DNA from: Octopus sinensis
Taxonomy: Eukaryota
DNA length: 64,000 nt
Direction of reading: 5' to 3'
Assembly: GCF_006345805.1 (NCBI RefSeq)
Contig: NC_043010.1
Location: 8,494,001 to 8,558,000, forward strand
Shown here: positions 1 through 11,240 of the stretch, in pieces
Position numbering within the stretch: position 1 is the first letter of the stretch
Layout: each line of letters begins with the position of its first letter
Made by a program: the position numbers and the translations under genes
The notes under the pieces: model-generated
What the model was told of the DNA's origin: nothing
Database searches by the model: none
Seen by the model: the letters and a program-made list of their open reading frames with translations, nothing else

Positions 1-26
1 GTGTATGTATTAGTATGTATAAGGGT

Positions 27-65
<39 letters not shown>

Positions 66-277
66 TGTGTCTGTGTTTGTCCCCCTAGCATTGCTTGACA
101 ACCGATGCTGGTGTGTTTACGTCCCCGTCACTTAGTGGTTTGGCAAAAGAGACCGATAGAATAAGTACTGGGCTTACAAAGAATAAGTCCCAGGGTCGAT
201 TTGCTCGACTAAAGGCAGTGCTCCAGCATGGCCGCAGTCAAATGACTGAAACAAGTAAAAGAGTAAAGAGTAAAGAG
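1..277 (+). mobile_element. SINE family A, 3' half (runs off window start)
   Basis: (TG)n followed by GTTTGTCCCCCTAGCATTGCTTGACAACCGATGCTGG...CCAGCATGGCCGCAGTCAAATGACTGAAACAAGTAAAAGAG, matching the full copies downstream. Confidence 0.9.
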
Positions 278-379
278 TATGCATGTATGTATAAATGTGT
301 AAACACATAAGTGTTTTTGACCCTAGGTTTTGACATCACAGAATACTTATAAACTACCATCACCTTCATACAAGTGTAG

Positions 380-602
380 TCCCTTGTTTGCAGTTTTCCA
401 TGAAAATGTGTCCAACCACAGGGAAGGGAACAGGAGTGCCATCTATCCATAGAGAAATCTGCCCAAACAAATACTGTCTGAGTTGTGCATGGAAAAGTGG
501 ACATTAAGAAAATGATGATGATGATGATAATGATGATGACGATGATGATGATGATGATGTTGATAAGAATGACGAGGAGGATGATGATGATGATGATGAT
601 GC
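380..602 (+). mobile_element. Degenerate RTE-tailed SINE/non-autonomous element ending in (GAT)n
   Basis: GCATGGAAAAGTGGACATTAAG plus (GAT)n resembles the tail at 18160-18207. Confidence 0.45.
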
Positions 603-1098
603 CGCCACCACCACCAACAATGACAATTCATTGTTAAGTAATGATCCAGAGAAGTACTAATTACAATCAATGAGTGCAAATTAAACAAATGGACTAGCCT
701 AAATATAATTTCCCTCCTCATTCTGTCTGTCTGTCTGTCTCTTTTTTTTCTCTCTCTCTCTCTCTCTCTCTCCCTCATTCTCTTTATATGTGTACACATA
801 TACATGTACACACATACATGTGTGTGTATTGGGAGCGTATGTCTGTATATATGAAAATTGCCTATAGTTTGGTTCTAATATACTTCAATCATAATTTACA
901 TGAAATTAAGTTGAGTTCACGTCTTTAAAAGTTCAAATCTTTAAGGAGTAATTAGCACAAGAAATAAAAAGAAAAAGAGAAGCTATATTGTAAGTCTTGA
1001 GGATGACAATGTACACATGTAGTCCAATCTGTCCCCATTCAGCACTGATCGTAGGCATTCCGACCACAAGGTATCTTTACTTAAGGTATAATATATAT

Positions 1099-1317
1099 TA
1101 GGGGTTCCTGAAAATTCTTGGCTTTGGGCAAAAGAAAATACAGGAGGATCAGTTTATTTTGATTTTATTCAACATATTCCCTTCTCAGATTCACATACTT
1201 ATTGCAGTGGCCCTTCAGTTTTTCTAAGCCCTATAAAAAAGGACTCATAAGGTTGGGCCTCCAGCCAGCCCTTTCATAATACCCTTAAAGCCAAGATATT
1301 TCCAGCAACCCCTCATA
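1099..1317. mobile_element. mariner-derived MITE
   Basis: Imperfect TIRs TA-GGGGTTCCTGAAAATTCTTGGCTTT / AAAGCCAAGATATTTCCAGCAACCCCTCA-TA; the minus-strand interior encodes a decayed mariner C-terminus (GLEKLK..CNK.VNLR.EYVE*). Confidence 0.75.
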
Positions 1318-1439
1318 AAGAATAGTATAAGGTCTTGCCATGGGCTCTAGGAATCATAAGGCTGGAGTTTAACCCAGTTTATATGGCATGTATGAGATTG
1401 ATGTTCAATACTCCTCTCTAAACATGGTGATGGTCTTTT

Positions 1440-1611
1440 CAGAGTTAACTTCTTATCTATTGCTGGACTTCATTTACAGCTGAATGAACTACAGTAATGT
1501 GAAATTAAGTCTTTTGCTCAAGAACATAGCACACTGCTCAGTCTGCAAATTGAAACCATGGCCTTATGATCATGACTACAACACCCTAATCACTAGGCCA
1601 GTTGCCTTCAC
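1440..1611 (-). mobile_element. Degenerate tRNA-headed CORE-like SINE (family C)
   Basis: Reverse complement of TTCTTGAGCAAAAGACTT...CATTCAGCTGTAAATGAAG, similar to 26758-27000 and 53195-53500. Confidence 0.6.
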
Positions 1612-1945
1612 CAAGGATGATGTCCTCCTGGAAAAATTTGCTTCCTTTCTTTAGCAATTTTAACTATTATTTCTAGCAAATTGAAGGCTCCCTGGTACGA
1701 TGTCAGAGTGACATATTTCATTGTTACAGGAACTTTATATCATTAAAAACTAAAAGTTTTTTTCCTGCCAACCATCAATATCTGAACTGTGTACAACTCG
1801 TGATTCTAGTAGAATTGAAACGTAACATTATAAATTTCTGAAGTTATTAGCCACGTATTCTATTTAGATTAGATTGAAAAATAAAAGCTATGAACAAAAT
1901 GCGTTAAAAACAGAAGATGGTCGATCTAATATTAATGTTTGGCAG

Positions 1946-2297
1946 AATATTTCCCTGATGACAAAGATGTTAAAAAATCGATGTGAGCAGTCTTTTTGCA
2001 ATGCCTGGAGGCTGCAAGATTTACTTTCTATCATTTTACTTGACGTAAACTGAAAAACTATCTCCTGAAGGTAACTTGAACGATAACTCTTTACACATAC
2101 ATACATATACACAGACACAGACACAGACACAGACATACATACACAGACACATATAGGCTAAATAAATCGAAGAAAATGGTTCTAATATAGAAACATTTAA
2201 TAAGCAAAAACTACAAGAATGTTTACAAATATATTGCCTGTGGGTATTGTCCTCACAGTAGTCAACGTCGTCTCAAGATTGCTGCTATATTGGTCAG
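1946..2297 (+). CDS. Possible pair of small exons, join(1946..1982,2259..2297), encoding (E)YFPDDKDVKKSISQRRLKIAAILV(R); product unknown
   Basis: AG/GT boundaries, phases match across a 276-nt intron, unique non-repeat sequence; no recognisable domain. Confidence 0.2.
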
Positions 2298-2615
2298 GTA
2301 TTGGTTAATGTAGGCACTGCAACAAACAGGGTAAAAGGAAAAAGTGGAGGAAAGAGACTACATTTGTATGACACATTTGATGTCTAGTATGGAAAAAAAA
2401 TAGAATGTTACTTTTCCTTTAGTTTCCTAGCCAATCCAAAACTATGGATGTAATTTTAATAAAAACACAAGAAATTGCACAGAATATTTCTATAATTTGA
2501 GGAAAAGATTAAAGTGTATTTTCTGCCATCATGTGTAGTATTTTTCTTTAGAATACTTTGTTTTGAAAAGAATAGAGGTAGTAATACAGTTGACAGAACA
2601 GTGATCAATCCTTAC

Positions 2616-2721
2616 ATTCACTCAAGTCATTCACGAAAATATTGAAAATATCCATTCTTTCTTTTCCATCATAGTTAGCAATATCAGTAACAACAATCAG
2701 TGATTTTGGACAATAAATGGC
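2616..2721 (-). CDS. Possible internal exon AIYCPKSLIVVTDIANYDGKERMDIFNIFVNDLSE; product unknown
   Basis: ctctccag| acceptor, |gtaagg donor, open frame, protein-like composition; neighbouring candidates are not phase-compatible. Confidence 0.2.
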
Positions 2722-3389
2722 CTGGAGAGATTTCTGTTTCTCAGAGATTCGATTTCTCTTAATTGGAATTTTTTCTTTTCTTTCTCCTCTTCATCTTATA
2801 GAAGCTAAAGTAACAAAAATCCCCAGGAGGGGCTGACTATCTTCCTCCATGAATTTATCTTTACTCACACTAGTAAGAAACGGGCTCAGGAAGTGGGTTC
2901 GAAAATGAAGTGATTTTGCAGAAAATAGGTTTAGTGCCTTCATTAGAGAAGAGAATATAAGTGGTGAAAAAAAGTTTGATGAATATAGTGTACCTAACTA
3001 GAATAAGAAAGAGGTGGTGCTTGAGATGCTGAAGGGGAATACTAAATTTCCATACATAGATGGCTGATCTATCAATGTGAATTTCTAAATAAAACCAATA
3101 GTAAGTAATGGAAGATGTACAGAAAATCTATTGTTTGCTTTCCTTCTATCTAATTTCATGCGTTTCTGTAGACAGAAATGAACTGAAAGTGGATAGAGAC
3201 CTGCAATGGCATTTTGCTTTTGAATAGTTTTCTAAAAGATAAGGAGCAGCCCAAGAATTTACATGTAACCTAGGCAAGTGTTTTCAATCTCTCTGATGGA
3301 ACGGTTGTTTATATGAAGTCATCGAAGTATACAACTATTAGTTTCAAACACTTGATAGGTATTTGTCCTCATCTTGTTTGTTGTTAATA

Positions 3390-3780
3390 CTCTCTTTTAC
3401 TTGTTTCCATCATTTGACTGCGGCCATGCTGGAGCACCGTCTTTAGTCAAGCAAATCGCCCCCGGGACTTATTCTTTGTAAGCCCAGTACTTATTCTATC
3501 TGTCTCTTTTTGCCGAACCGCTAAGTGACGGGGACATAAACACACCAGCATCGGTTGTCAAGCAATGCTAGGAGGACAAACATATACACACACACTTATA
3601 TATATACACATATATACGACAGGCTTCTTTCAGTTTCTGTCTACCAAAATCCACTCACAAGGCATTGGTCGGCCCGGGGCTATAGCAGAAGACACTTGCC
3701 CAAGTTGCCACACAGTGGGACTGAACCTGGAACCATGTGGTTGGTTAGCAAGCTACTTACCACACAGCTACTCCTGCGCC
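3390..3780 (-). mobile_element. SINE family A, full length
   Basis: Head GGCGCAGGAGTAGCTGTGTGG (A box) ...GGTTCAGTCCC (B box), internal (TA)n(TG)n, AAAAGAG tail. Confidence 0.92.
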
Positions 3781-3799
3781 TATAATAATAATAATAATC

Positions 3800-3838
<39 letters not shown>

Positions 3839-3854
3839 TAATAATAATAATTAA

Positions 3855-4188
3855 TTCTTTTTATTGGCCACAAGGACTGACAAACATGATTGGAAAACAT
3901 AAAGGGACAAAACAGGACGAAAGGTTACAAAGGGTTTTGTCCGTTTGTGAAAAAATCGTGTAAAAACAGTGTACCAATCAAATAATATAACAACGAAAAA
4001 CTCCCAATAGGGGGAGGCGTTACGAAAGGTTCCTGGTGGAAAAACCCATAAAAGCCAACGAGAGCCTGATCAAAAGGGTGGTAGAGAGCCCCTTTCTCCT
4101 TTTATAATACCTTTTTCAATTACAGGCGAAACCTCAGAATTGGTCCATTTATACTGGCCATTCTTGCACAATTCACCCACCTTTCAGA

Positions 4189-4190
<2 letters not shown>
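3855..4190 (-). mobile_element. Tx1/L1-like LINE 3' end (5'-truncated) inserted in (TTA)n
   Basis: Minus strand 4188-4120 encodes SERWVNCARMASINGPILRFRL*, the xxRW-type C-terminus of L1/Tx1 ORF2; ~265-nt 3' UTR ends CCTTGTGGCCAATAAAAAGAA; microsatellite on both sides. Confidence 0.6.
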
Positions 4191-4237
<47 letters not shown>

Positions 4238-4284
4238 TCGAAAAATACTTTAGGAATAAGAACCCAGGTTTGAAATTTCCCCAA

Positions 4285-4330
4285 GACACCTGATGAAGAC
4301 TGGAGGGTATATCAGCCGAAATGTTGTGTT
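4285..4330 (+). ncRNA. Minimal type-I hammerhead ribozyme fold (P1 copy 1)
   Basis: GACAC-CUGAUGA-A-GACUG(gagggtatat)CAGCC-GAAA-UGUU-GUGUU: stem I GACAC/GUGUU, intact core, stem II 4 of 5 pairs. Confidence 0.65.
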
Positions 4331-4495
4331 AACAACAAACAAGACGAGGACAAATATCTGTCAAATGTAAATAATGTAAATAATGTACATAATTGCTCAT
4401 CTCTTAACTATAGAACTTGATAGGTATTCTCAGAGACTCTAGTAATTGTCATTAATCATTAGGAAGCCAGTGGACAAGTGAGACAGTTTGTATAT

Positions 4496-4840
4496 CAATA
4501 GTTCTCAACCAGGGTCCATTTGACCCCTTAGGATCCATATAAGATTTTTGAGAGTCTACACAAGCAAACAGTGAATTAAGGATCCACTGTAGTATTTTAA
4601 GGATCCATGAAAGAAATTTGTCTTAGATGCGTTCATCTCATGATACAAGTTTCTTTCTCTAGCATTTTACACAGTCTAATATGTTTAGTGCAAACCTACA
4701 CAAGTTAATGTGTGGAAAAACAAAATAGAAATTTTAAAAGAAATATCTATAAGACTAGATACATCGAATGGATATAGGGGTCCACCAGTATAAAATTGTA
4801 ATCAAAGGGGACCATTGATAAAAATGGTTGAGAATCACTG
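4496..4840. mobile_element. hAT-type MITE
   Basis: TIRs CAATAGTTCTCAACC / GGTTGAGAATCACTG; 8-bp TSD TTGTATAT (4488-4495) / CTGTATAT (4841-4848). Confidence 0.75.
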
Positions 4841-4999
4841 CTGTATATGGTTTATTGTCCTGCCGTAAGAAAGCAATGAAACCTTTCTCTAATCACACCC
4901 TAATATCTTTAAAAAAAACCGGAAAATGTCTTGTATATTTCAAACCCGAAGGAAGATGGTACAGTCAGCACTAAAGATGGTAAAGTTTCCTTTTTAAGT

Positions 5000-5232
5000 C
5001 ATGCTGGCTCATAAGGGCTTGCTTCCCAGTTTTCCATGGTGAATATATTCTCTACCTGGATGGGACACAAGTCCATCACAAGATTGCTGATTTTTGCCAG
5101 CTGAGTGAACTGTAAAAATGTGAAATGAAGAGTATTGCCCAAGAACACAATGTGACACCCAGTCCAGGAATCAAAGCCACAATCTTGTGATCATGAGTCC
5201 AACACTCTAACCACTAGGCCACGTGCCTCCAC
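5000..5232 (-). mobile_element. CORE-like SINE (family C)
   Basis: Reverse complement has tRNA-like head GTGGCCTAGTGGTTAGAG, TTCTTGGGCAATACTCTTCATTTCAC and CACTCAGCTGGCAAAAAT. Confidence 0.7.
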
Positions 5233-5630
5233 ATAGTCAGCACTGGATTGTTTTTAATCATAGATATGTTCAATCTGGGCTGACCTGAATATTAAAAAAA
5301 AAAACGCACTAATGTTCATTATGTTAAGGTGATAGAGATAACCATAAAAATATCGTGTATAACATCTAAGTCAACCTGCCCATCCTTATTCATATCCATT
5401 CACGCTAGGTTCTCTCTCATCTGTCTATGTATGTAAGCTCATGTCGTCTTGTGTTGACGGCAACATCAGTTGCAGTCATTTGATCAAACTCTGGTGCCTT
5501 TTCTGTTATCTTAATCCTGATATCTTAATCCTGATAAAGACAGTCTGAAATATTGGACACCTCACTCACCTCATCAATTTCACTGTACAATTTTTGTTTA
5601 TTTTACCAAATTTTAGTATATATATATATA

Positions 5631-6025
5631 GGCGCAGGAGTGGCTGTGTGGTAAGTAGCTTGATAACCAACTACATGGTTCTGGGTTCAGTCCCACTGCA
5701 TGGCATCTTGGGCAAGTGTCTTCTGCTATAGCCCCGGGCCGACCAATGCCTTGTGAGTGGATTTGGTAGACAGAAACTGAAAGAAGCATGTTGTATATAT
5801 GCATATATGTATGTGTTTGTGTGTGTTTGTGTGTCTGTGTCTGTCTCCGCAACATCGCTTGACAACCGATGCTGGTGTGTTTACGTCCCCGTAACTTAGT
5901 GGTTCGGCAAAAAAGACCGATAGAATACGTACTGGGCTTACAAAAGAATAAGTCCCAGGGTCGATTTGCTCGACTAAAGGTGGTGCTCCAGCATGGCCGC
6001 AGTCAAATGACTGCAACAAGTAAAA
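5631..6025 (+). mobile_element. SINE family A, full length
   Basis: Matches family consensus; inserted after (TA)n. Confidence 0.92.
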
Positions 6026-6125
6026 AAAATATATATATATATATATATGTATAGTACACAGACACAGACACAAACACACACACACACACATATACACACT
6101 CTCTCTCTCACACACACACACACTC

Positions 6126-6157
<32 letters not shown>

Positions 6158-7110
6158 ACTGATAACTGATATACCTTCACAGTTTTCATGTAAGATTTTT
6201 CACATTTGAAATCTTTATCAACCCAAGCAAGGGGATCGAACCCCCAAACGTGGCCTGTAAAGCAAGCTTCTTAACCACACAGCTAACCATGCCTTTCTGT
6301 CTATGTACTATGAATGCATCTATTATGAAATTTTCTGATTTCCAAAATTTAATGATATGCAAGAACTGAGAAGAAGTAATGACTTTTTAATGGATTTAAA
6401 GAATACAACATTGAATATTATCAAAACAATGTTTCACTGACTGAAACTGTTGTTTGCATTCCATGGTAGCTACAGCTGTCTCTAACTTTATGGTAAATGA
6501 TTCTTATATGAAATATAAAAAATCAGGAAAACAAAATTCAAATAATTTGTCAGTCTGTTTGACATATTAAAAATAATGGTCTCTTTAGGAATTACAAATA
6601 TATTTAATATTTATTTCAATAAATAATTAACATTAAAAAAAAACAAAATAAAAATTGGTTTGCAATATCTAAGTACTACTATGATGTACTTATTGTTTAT
6701 TTTTTACTTTGTGTGTGTGTTTTTTTTTGTGTGTTTTCTTGTTAAATCTAGAAAGTTCTACAGTATATAACTATCATTTTGTAAAGTGTTTACTGATATT
6801 TTGGCTTCACTCCACCAAATCAAAAAAATAAATTTCACCTGAAGCTGATGTCTCACTATCTACAAAGATGTACAATATTTATATTTTAGTATAAAAACAA
6901 AAGAAGTGATACGCAACTCAGTTCTATCTTAAACATCTTAAAGTTCATTTTTACTCTTTTCTTTTCTTTCAGTGTTATTTCCTTGTTATGATACCGATGT
7001 TATTTGGTTTCAGTAAAGTAAATAACTGTAAATCAAACCATTATATAATTGATCTTGGAATGAAAATATATTTGGGGTATGAAGAATTGTTAAGACTTTA
7101 ATACCAAACT

Positions 7111-8097
7111 GATGTAATATGTGACAATTATTCAGTAGACATGATAAAACTCCGAGTTTCTGATGCCGAGGTGGAAATCCATGCTGCCATCTCTTCAGTT
7201 ATCCGGTCATCGGAAAAAATAAATATTGTACATCTTTGTAGATAGTGAGACATCAATGAAGATATATATATGTATGTGTGTGTGTCTGTGTAAGAATATT
7301 TTATAAATTTAGCATCAATGAAGATCTGCTTAGTCATGTAACCATTAGAAATGAACGGTGGTGGTAAAATGAATGGGTGAGAGAATCATTGCTTTTGATT
7401 CATTATATGTTTGTTGAGAAAAGATTGTATTGGATACTGTGGTCCAATGAGGAGCACAAGAAAGTACCATCCACACAGTATTGTTGTTGTATCTTATTCT
7501 GTAATAATGTAAGCATGAGACAGAAAAATATATGGAGAGAGAGACACAGTGAATGAATGTGAGTATCCTATGCTATTGTGTAATTTTTAAGTGAATAGCA
7601 GTTTTGGTCGTTTGTGTTGCAGACTCTTCATGTTACCAAGACTTTGCCAAACAACATCTGATATTGAACAACCCCTAACGTAATGCACCCTCTGTTCTCC
7701 TTATTGTTTGTTACTCTTTCTTGGTTCTTAGAATGCTCTCTTATTAGTATCATAACAAATTTGATTGGCCTTGTCTGCATTGACATCATCACTCTAGAAC
7801 CAGACTGTTGTTTTCTGACTGGAAACAATAAAATCTAGATTCGAACCAAAGTATGCCGAGGTAGAAATCCATGCTGCAATCTCTTCAGTTATCCAGCCAT
7901 TGGAAAAAATGCTATGAAAAATTATCGTTATACAAAGGGAAATTCCGAAATTGTTACTATTTGTCAATAACGGTCATTTTTCACAGCATTTTTTCTGATG
8001 GCTTGATAACTGAAGAGATGGCGGCATGAATTTCCACCTCGGCATCAGAAACTCAGAGTTTTATCATGGCTACAGAATAATTGTCACATATTACATT
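7111..8097. repeat. Nested inverted-repeat (foldback-like) region
   Basis: 7111-7240 and 7853-7930 are reverse complements of 7990-8097; 7853-8045 forms an imperfect ~190-bp hairpin. Confidence 0.7.
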
Positions 8098-8169
8098 TAC
8101 TGATAAATTCCTCTATTTACATAATATCGAGGTCTCTTTCATTCTTTTGGTGTCTTACCATTTTTATCA

Positions 8170-8226
<57 letters not shown>

Positions 8227-8354
8227 TATATTCTCAGTAAAACACAATTAAGATTCAAGTGAGTTCCAATGAATTCACATGAATGCGGTATTTAACTTAG
8301 ATGCACCAGAAATCTATATGGTATTAACCATAAAATAATGTGGGGTGATTATAA

Positions 8355-8513
8355 ACAAGAAAAAAGCAACAAGAATGGATTAGTTGTTCAGTACAATTGT
8401 TTCATACGAAGAGCAGCTTATTAAAAGCTGCAATATTTGCAGCTTTTAATAAAGCTGTTCTTCGTATGAAACAATTGTACTGAACAACTAATCCATTCTT
8501 GTTGCTTTTTTCT

Positions 8514-8516
<3 letters not shown>
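8355..8516. repeat. Near-perfect 162-bp palindrome
   Basis: ACAAGAAAAAAGCAACAAGAATGGATTAGTTG... mirrored by ...CAACTAATCCATTCTTGTTGCTTTTTTCTTGT. Confidence 0.9.
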
Positions 8517-8570
<54 letters not shown>

Positions 8571-9323
8571 AAATACATATATATGTATGTATGTGTGTGT
8601 GTCTGTGTAAGAATATTTTATATACAGTATCTTTAAACCAAAGTTGAATGACTCACTGAAACTTCAGTTTTGCTGTCAAAAGCAAGAACACGACTAATGA
8701 TGAAATATTTACAGCCTTCTTTTCAGCTAACTGCACTCATTATGGGCATAAATTCAATAATTTGCCTTTAGCTCATGCAAATGGATGCCCATCAGGTTGC
8801 TAAATCATCTCACATTCCATTCATATAATATGTGTGAACATTTACAAAGCCTTGACTAAAATATCCAAAATTGTTACTATTTGTCAATAAGGATTATATT
8901 TATAATGTTTAAAACCTCATTAAGCTGGATAAGAAAATATCAGTAATTCCAGGATTTTGATCAAGAATTCGTAACAAACTGACAGAAATCCCCAATTTTA
9001 GCTTTCATTGTTTTCATGTTTCTGGTAAGAAATAAAATTGGATAACAGATTAAGAATAAAAGTATATGATGGACAAATATGATCTATCAGCTAGATAACT
9101 ATAAATCTATGTATGACAAAGCAATAGAAATGAAATTATGGATTTATGTAGCTTGGTGAAGTTATACTTAATCACAAAATGAATCGTCTTGGTTTCAGTT
9201 GGACAATCATTATTATAAACTGCTACTGTAGTTTTGTTGTTTCTCCCCCACAGCCTGAAGATCTGAAAGTCAATTATTTTGTTAATTATGGTCCCATTTT
9301 AGCCATTGCAGCTGACCACTCAC

Positions 9324-9376
9324 CAATTTATCATTTCTCTGATCATCGTCGCTGAAGTAAAATTAATTTGTCTGAT
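9324..9376 (-). CDS. Possible 53-nt exon IRQINFTSATMIREMIN(W/C); product unknown
   Basis: tttttctttaaag| acceptor and |gtgagt donor, single open frame. Confidence 0.2.
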
Positions 9377-9831
9377 CTTTAAAGAAAAATGACATACTTA
9401 GAATTACTGTTTGTTATAAACAACGGGGTGAATTATGTTGAGGAACGTTAGCTAAGGTAATTTGACTGTCTATACGAATTAATCATGATACAGCGAGGTG
9501 GAAGAAACTCAATTTTACAAAGAAAAATGTCAATAATAATAATTTACTTGTTTCAGCAGGACAAACCTCACCGGATAAATAGCAAAAAGTTATTCACCGG
9601 ATCAATCAAATAAGTTGTTCAAGAAGTCTCAAATCAATATAGAACACAAATAACACAATTAAGTGTCTCGTTAGTTCAAGCATCTCATGAGACAAAATTT
9701 GGTTCATAAATTGTATATAAGAACAAACAGCAGTTCTCTCAATAAAAGAAAGAAAGAAAAAAAAAAAAGAAGGAAAATGCCAAAACTGATGAATCTATAA
9801 GAATATATTACATTCTTATATTGGCTTATAG

Positions 9832-9905
9832 TCTCAAATTTATCGAGGCAAGGAAATGAGATTGTATGATATTCATGCCTATATCGAAGATTTTGGCAAC
9901 ATAAG
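9832..9905 (+). CDS. Possible 74-nt exon SQIYRGKEMRLYDIHAYIEDFGNI(R/S); product unknown
   Basis: ggcttatag| acceptor, strong AG|gtaagt donor, open protein-like frame. Confidence 0.3.
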
Positions 9906-10178
9906 GTAAGTGAATAGCTCCAAACAAGAATCAAATTTGTGTTGTTAACACAAACCACTGAAAGCTTATTACTAAGATAAGGTATTCAGCATAAAAATAT
10001 ATTACGATGAAGCCACTTTAAGAAAAATCAAACCTTTTATCCACATTTCCATATAGGAAACAGAGTTTAAAATGTGATTATATACAATCAATTAAACATA
10101 AAGAAATTTCGTCTGTAACCAGTAACTGCTCATACGCACATACATACATAGAAAGATACATGCACAAACACATATGTT

Positions 10179-10211
<33 letters not shown>

Positions 10212-10343
10212 CTGCATGCATGTGCATGTACAGACATACACACACACACAGAAACAGTTTTCAACTACTTTTTTATGCTAGTATAGATAAGGTATATATA
10301 TAATGCAGTGACATTATTTTACTAGTATAGGTAAGGTATATAT

Positions 10344-10572
10344 ATTTCTTTACTACCCACAAGGGGCTAAACATAGAGGGGACAAACAAGGACAGACAAA
10401 GGGATTAAGTCGATTACATCAACCCAGTGTGAAACTGGTACTTTATTTATCGACCCCGAGAGGATGAAAGGCAAAGTCGACCTCGGCGGAATTTGAACTC
10501 AGAACGTAATGACAGATGAAATACCACAAAGCATTTCGCCCGGCGCGCTAACGTTTCTGCCAGCTCGCCGCC
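10344..10572 (-). mobile_element. SINE family B, full length, with 18-bp TSD
   Basis: Head GGCGGCGAGCTGGCAG, body GACTTTGCCTTTCATCCTCTCGGGGTCGATAAA (Meta/MESC-like from memory); TATAGGTAAGGTATATAT at 10326-10343 and 10573-10590. Confidence 0.92.
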
Positions 10573-10727
10573 TATAGGTAAGGTATATATGCAGTGACAT
10601 TATTTTACTAACGAAAACTCTTCCTGTCACTAATCTTTACTTGTTTTAAAAGAAAGGATCTTTTCTTTCACACATCATGGAAAGCATGAAACCAGCAGAT
10701 GATTTGTCGTCAAGAGAAATGACCACA

Positions 10728-11133
10728 GCAGGAGTGGGTGTGTGGTAAGTAGCTTGTTTACCAACCACATGGTTCCAGATTCAGTCCCACTGCATAGCAC
10801 CTTGGGCAAGTGTCTTCTACTATAGCCTCGGGCCGACCAAAGCCTTGTGAGTGGATTTGGTAGATGGAAACTGAAAGAAGCCCATCGTACATATGTATAT
10901 ATATATATATATATATATATGCGTGTGTGTGTTTGTGTATCTGTGTTTGTCCCCCTAGCATTGCTTGGCAACCGATGCTGGTGTGTTTATGTCCCCGTTA
11001 CTTAGCGGTTCGGCGAAAGAGACCGATAGAATAAGTACTGGGCTTACAAAAGAAAAAGTCCTGGGGTCGAGTTGCTCGATTAAAGGCCGCAGTCAAATGA
11101 CTGAAACAAGTAAAAGAGTGAAAGAGTAAAAGA
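10728..11133 (+). mobile_element. SINE family A
   Basis: Matches family consensus. Confidence 0.9.
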
Positions 11134-11240
11134 TAGAGCATTGAATATAGTGCTCAATTTCAGGAGAAACACAAATGTATACAACCATACTGGAACACAC
11201 AAGCATACACATACATAATACATAAATATGTGTTCCTATA

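Larger units (their letters stand above)
3364..4414 (+). mobile_element. PLE-type element P1, 5'-truncated with a 5' inverted segment, later invaded by SINE A and a Tx1-like LINE
   Basis: 14-bp direct repeat ACTTGATAGGTATT at 3350-3363 and 4415-4428; 3364-3388 is the reverse complement of about 4329-4353; (AAT)n then a tail shared with 55150-55317. Confidence 0.75.

Noticed and set aside
2802-2872. Plus-strand exon with a strong polypyrimidine acceptor and gtaaga donor
   Set aside because: Stop codons in all three frames; at best a UTR or non-coding exon, unsupported.
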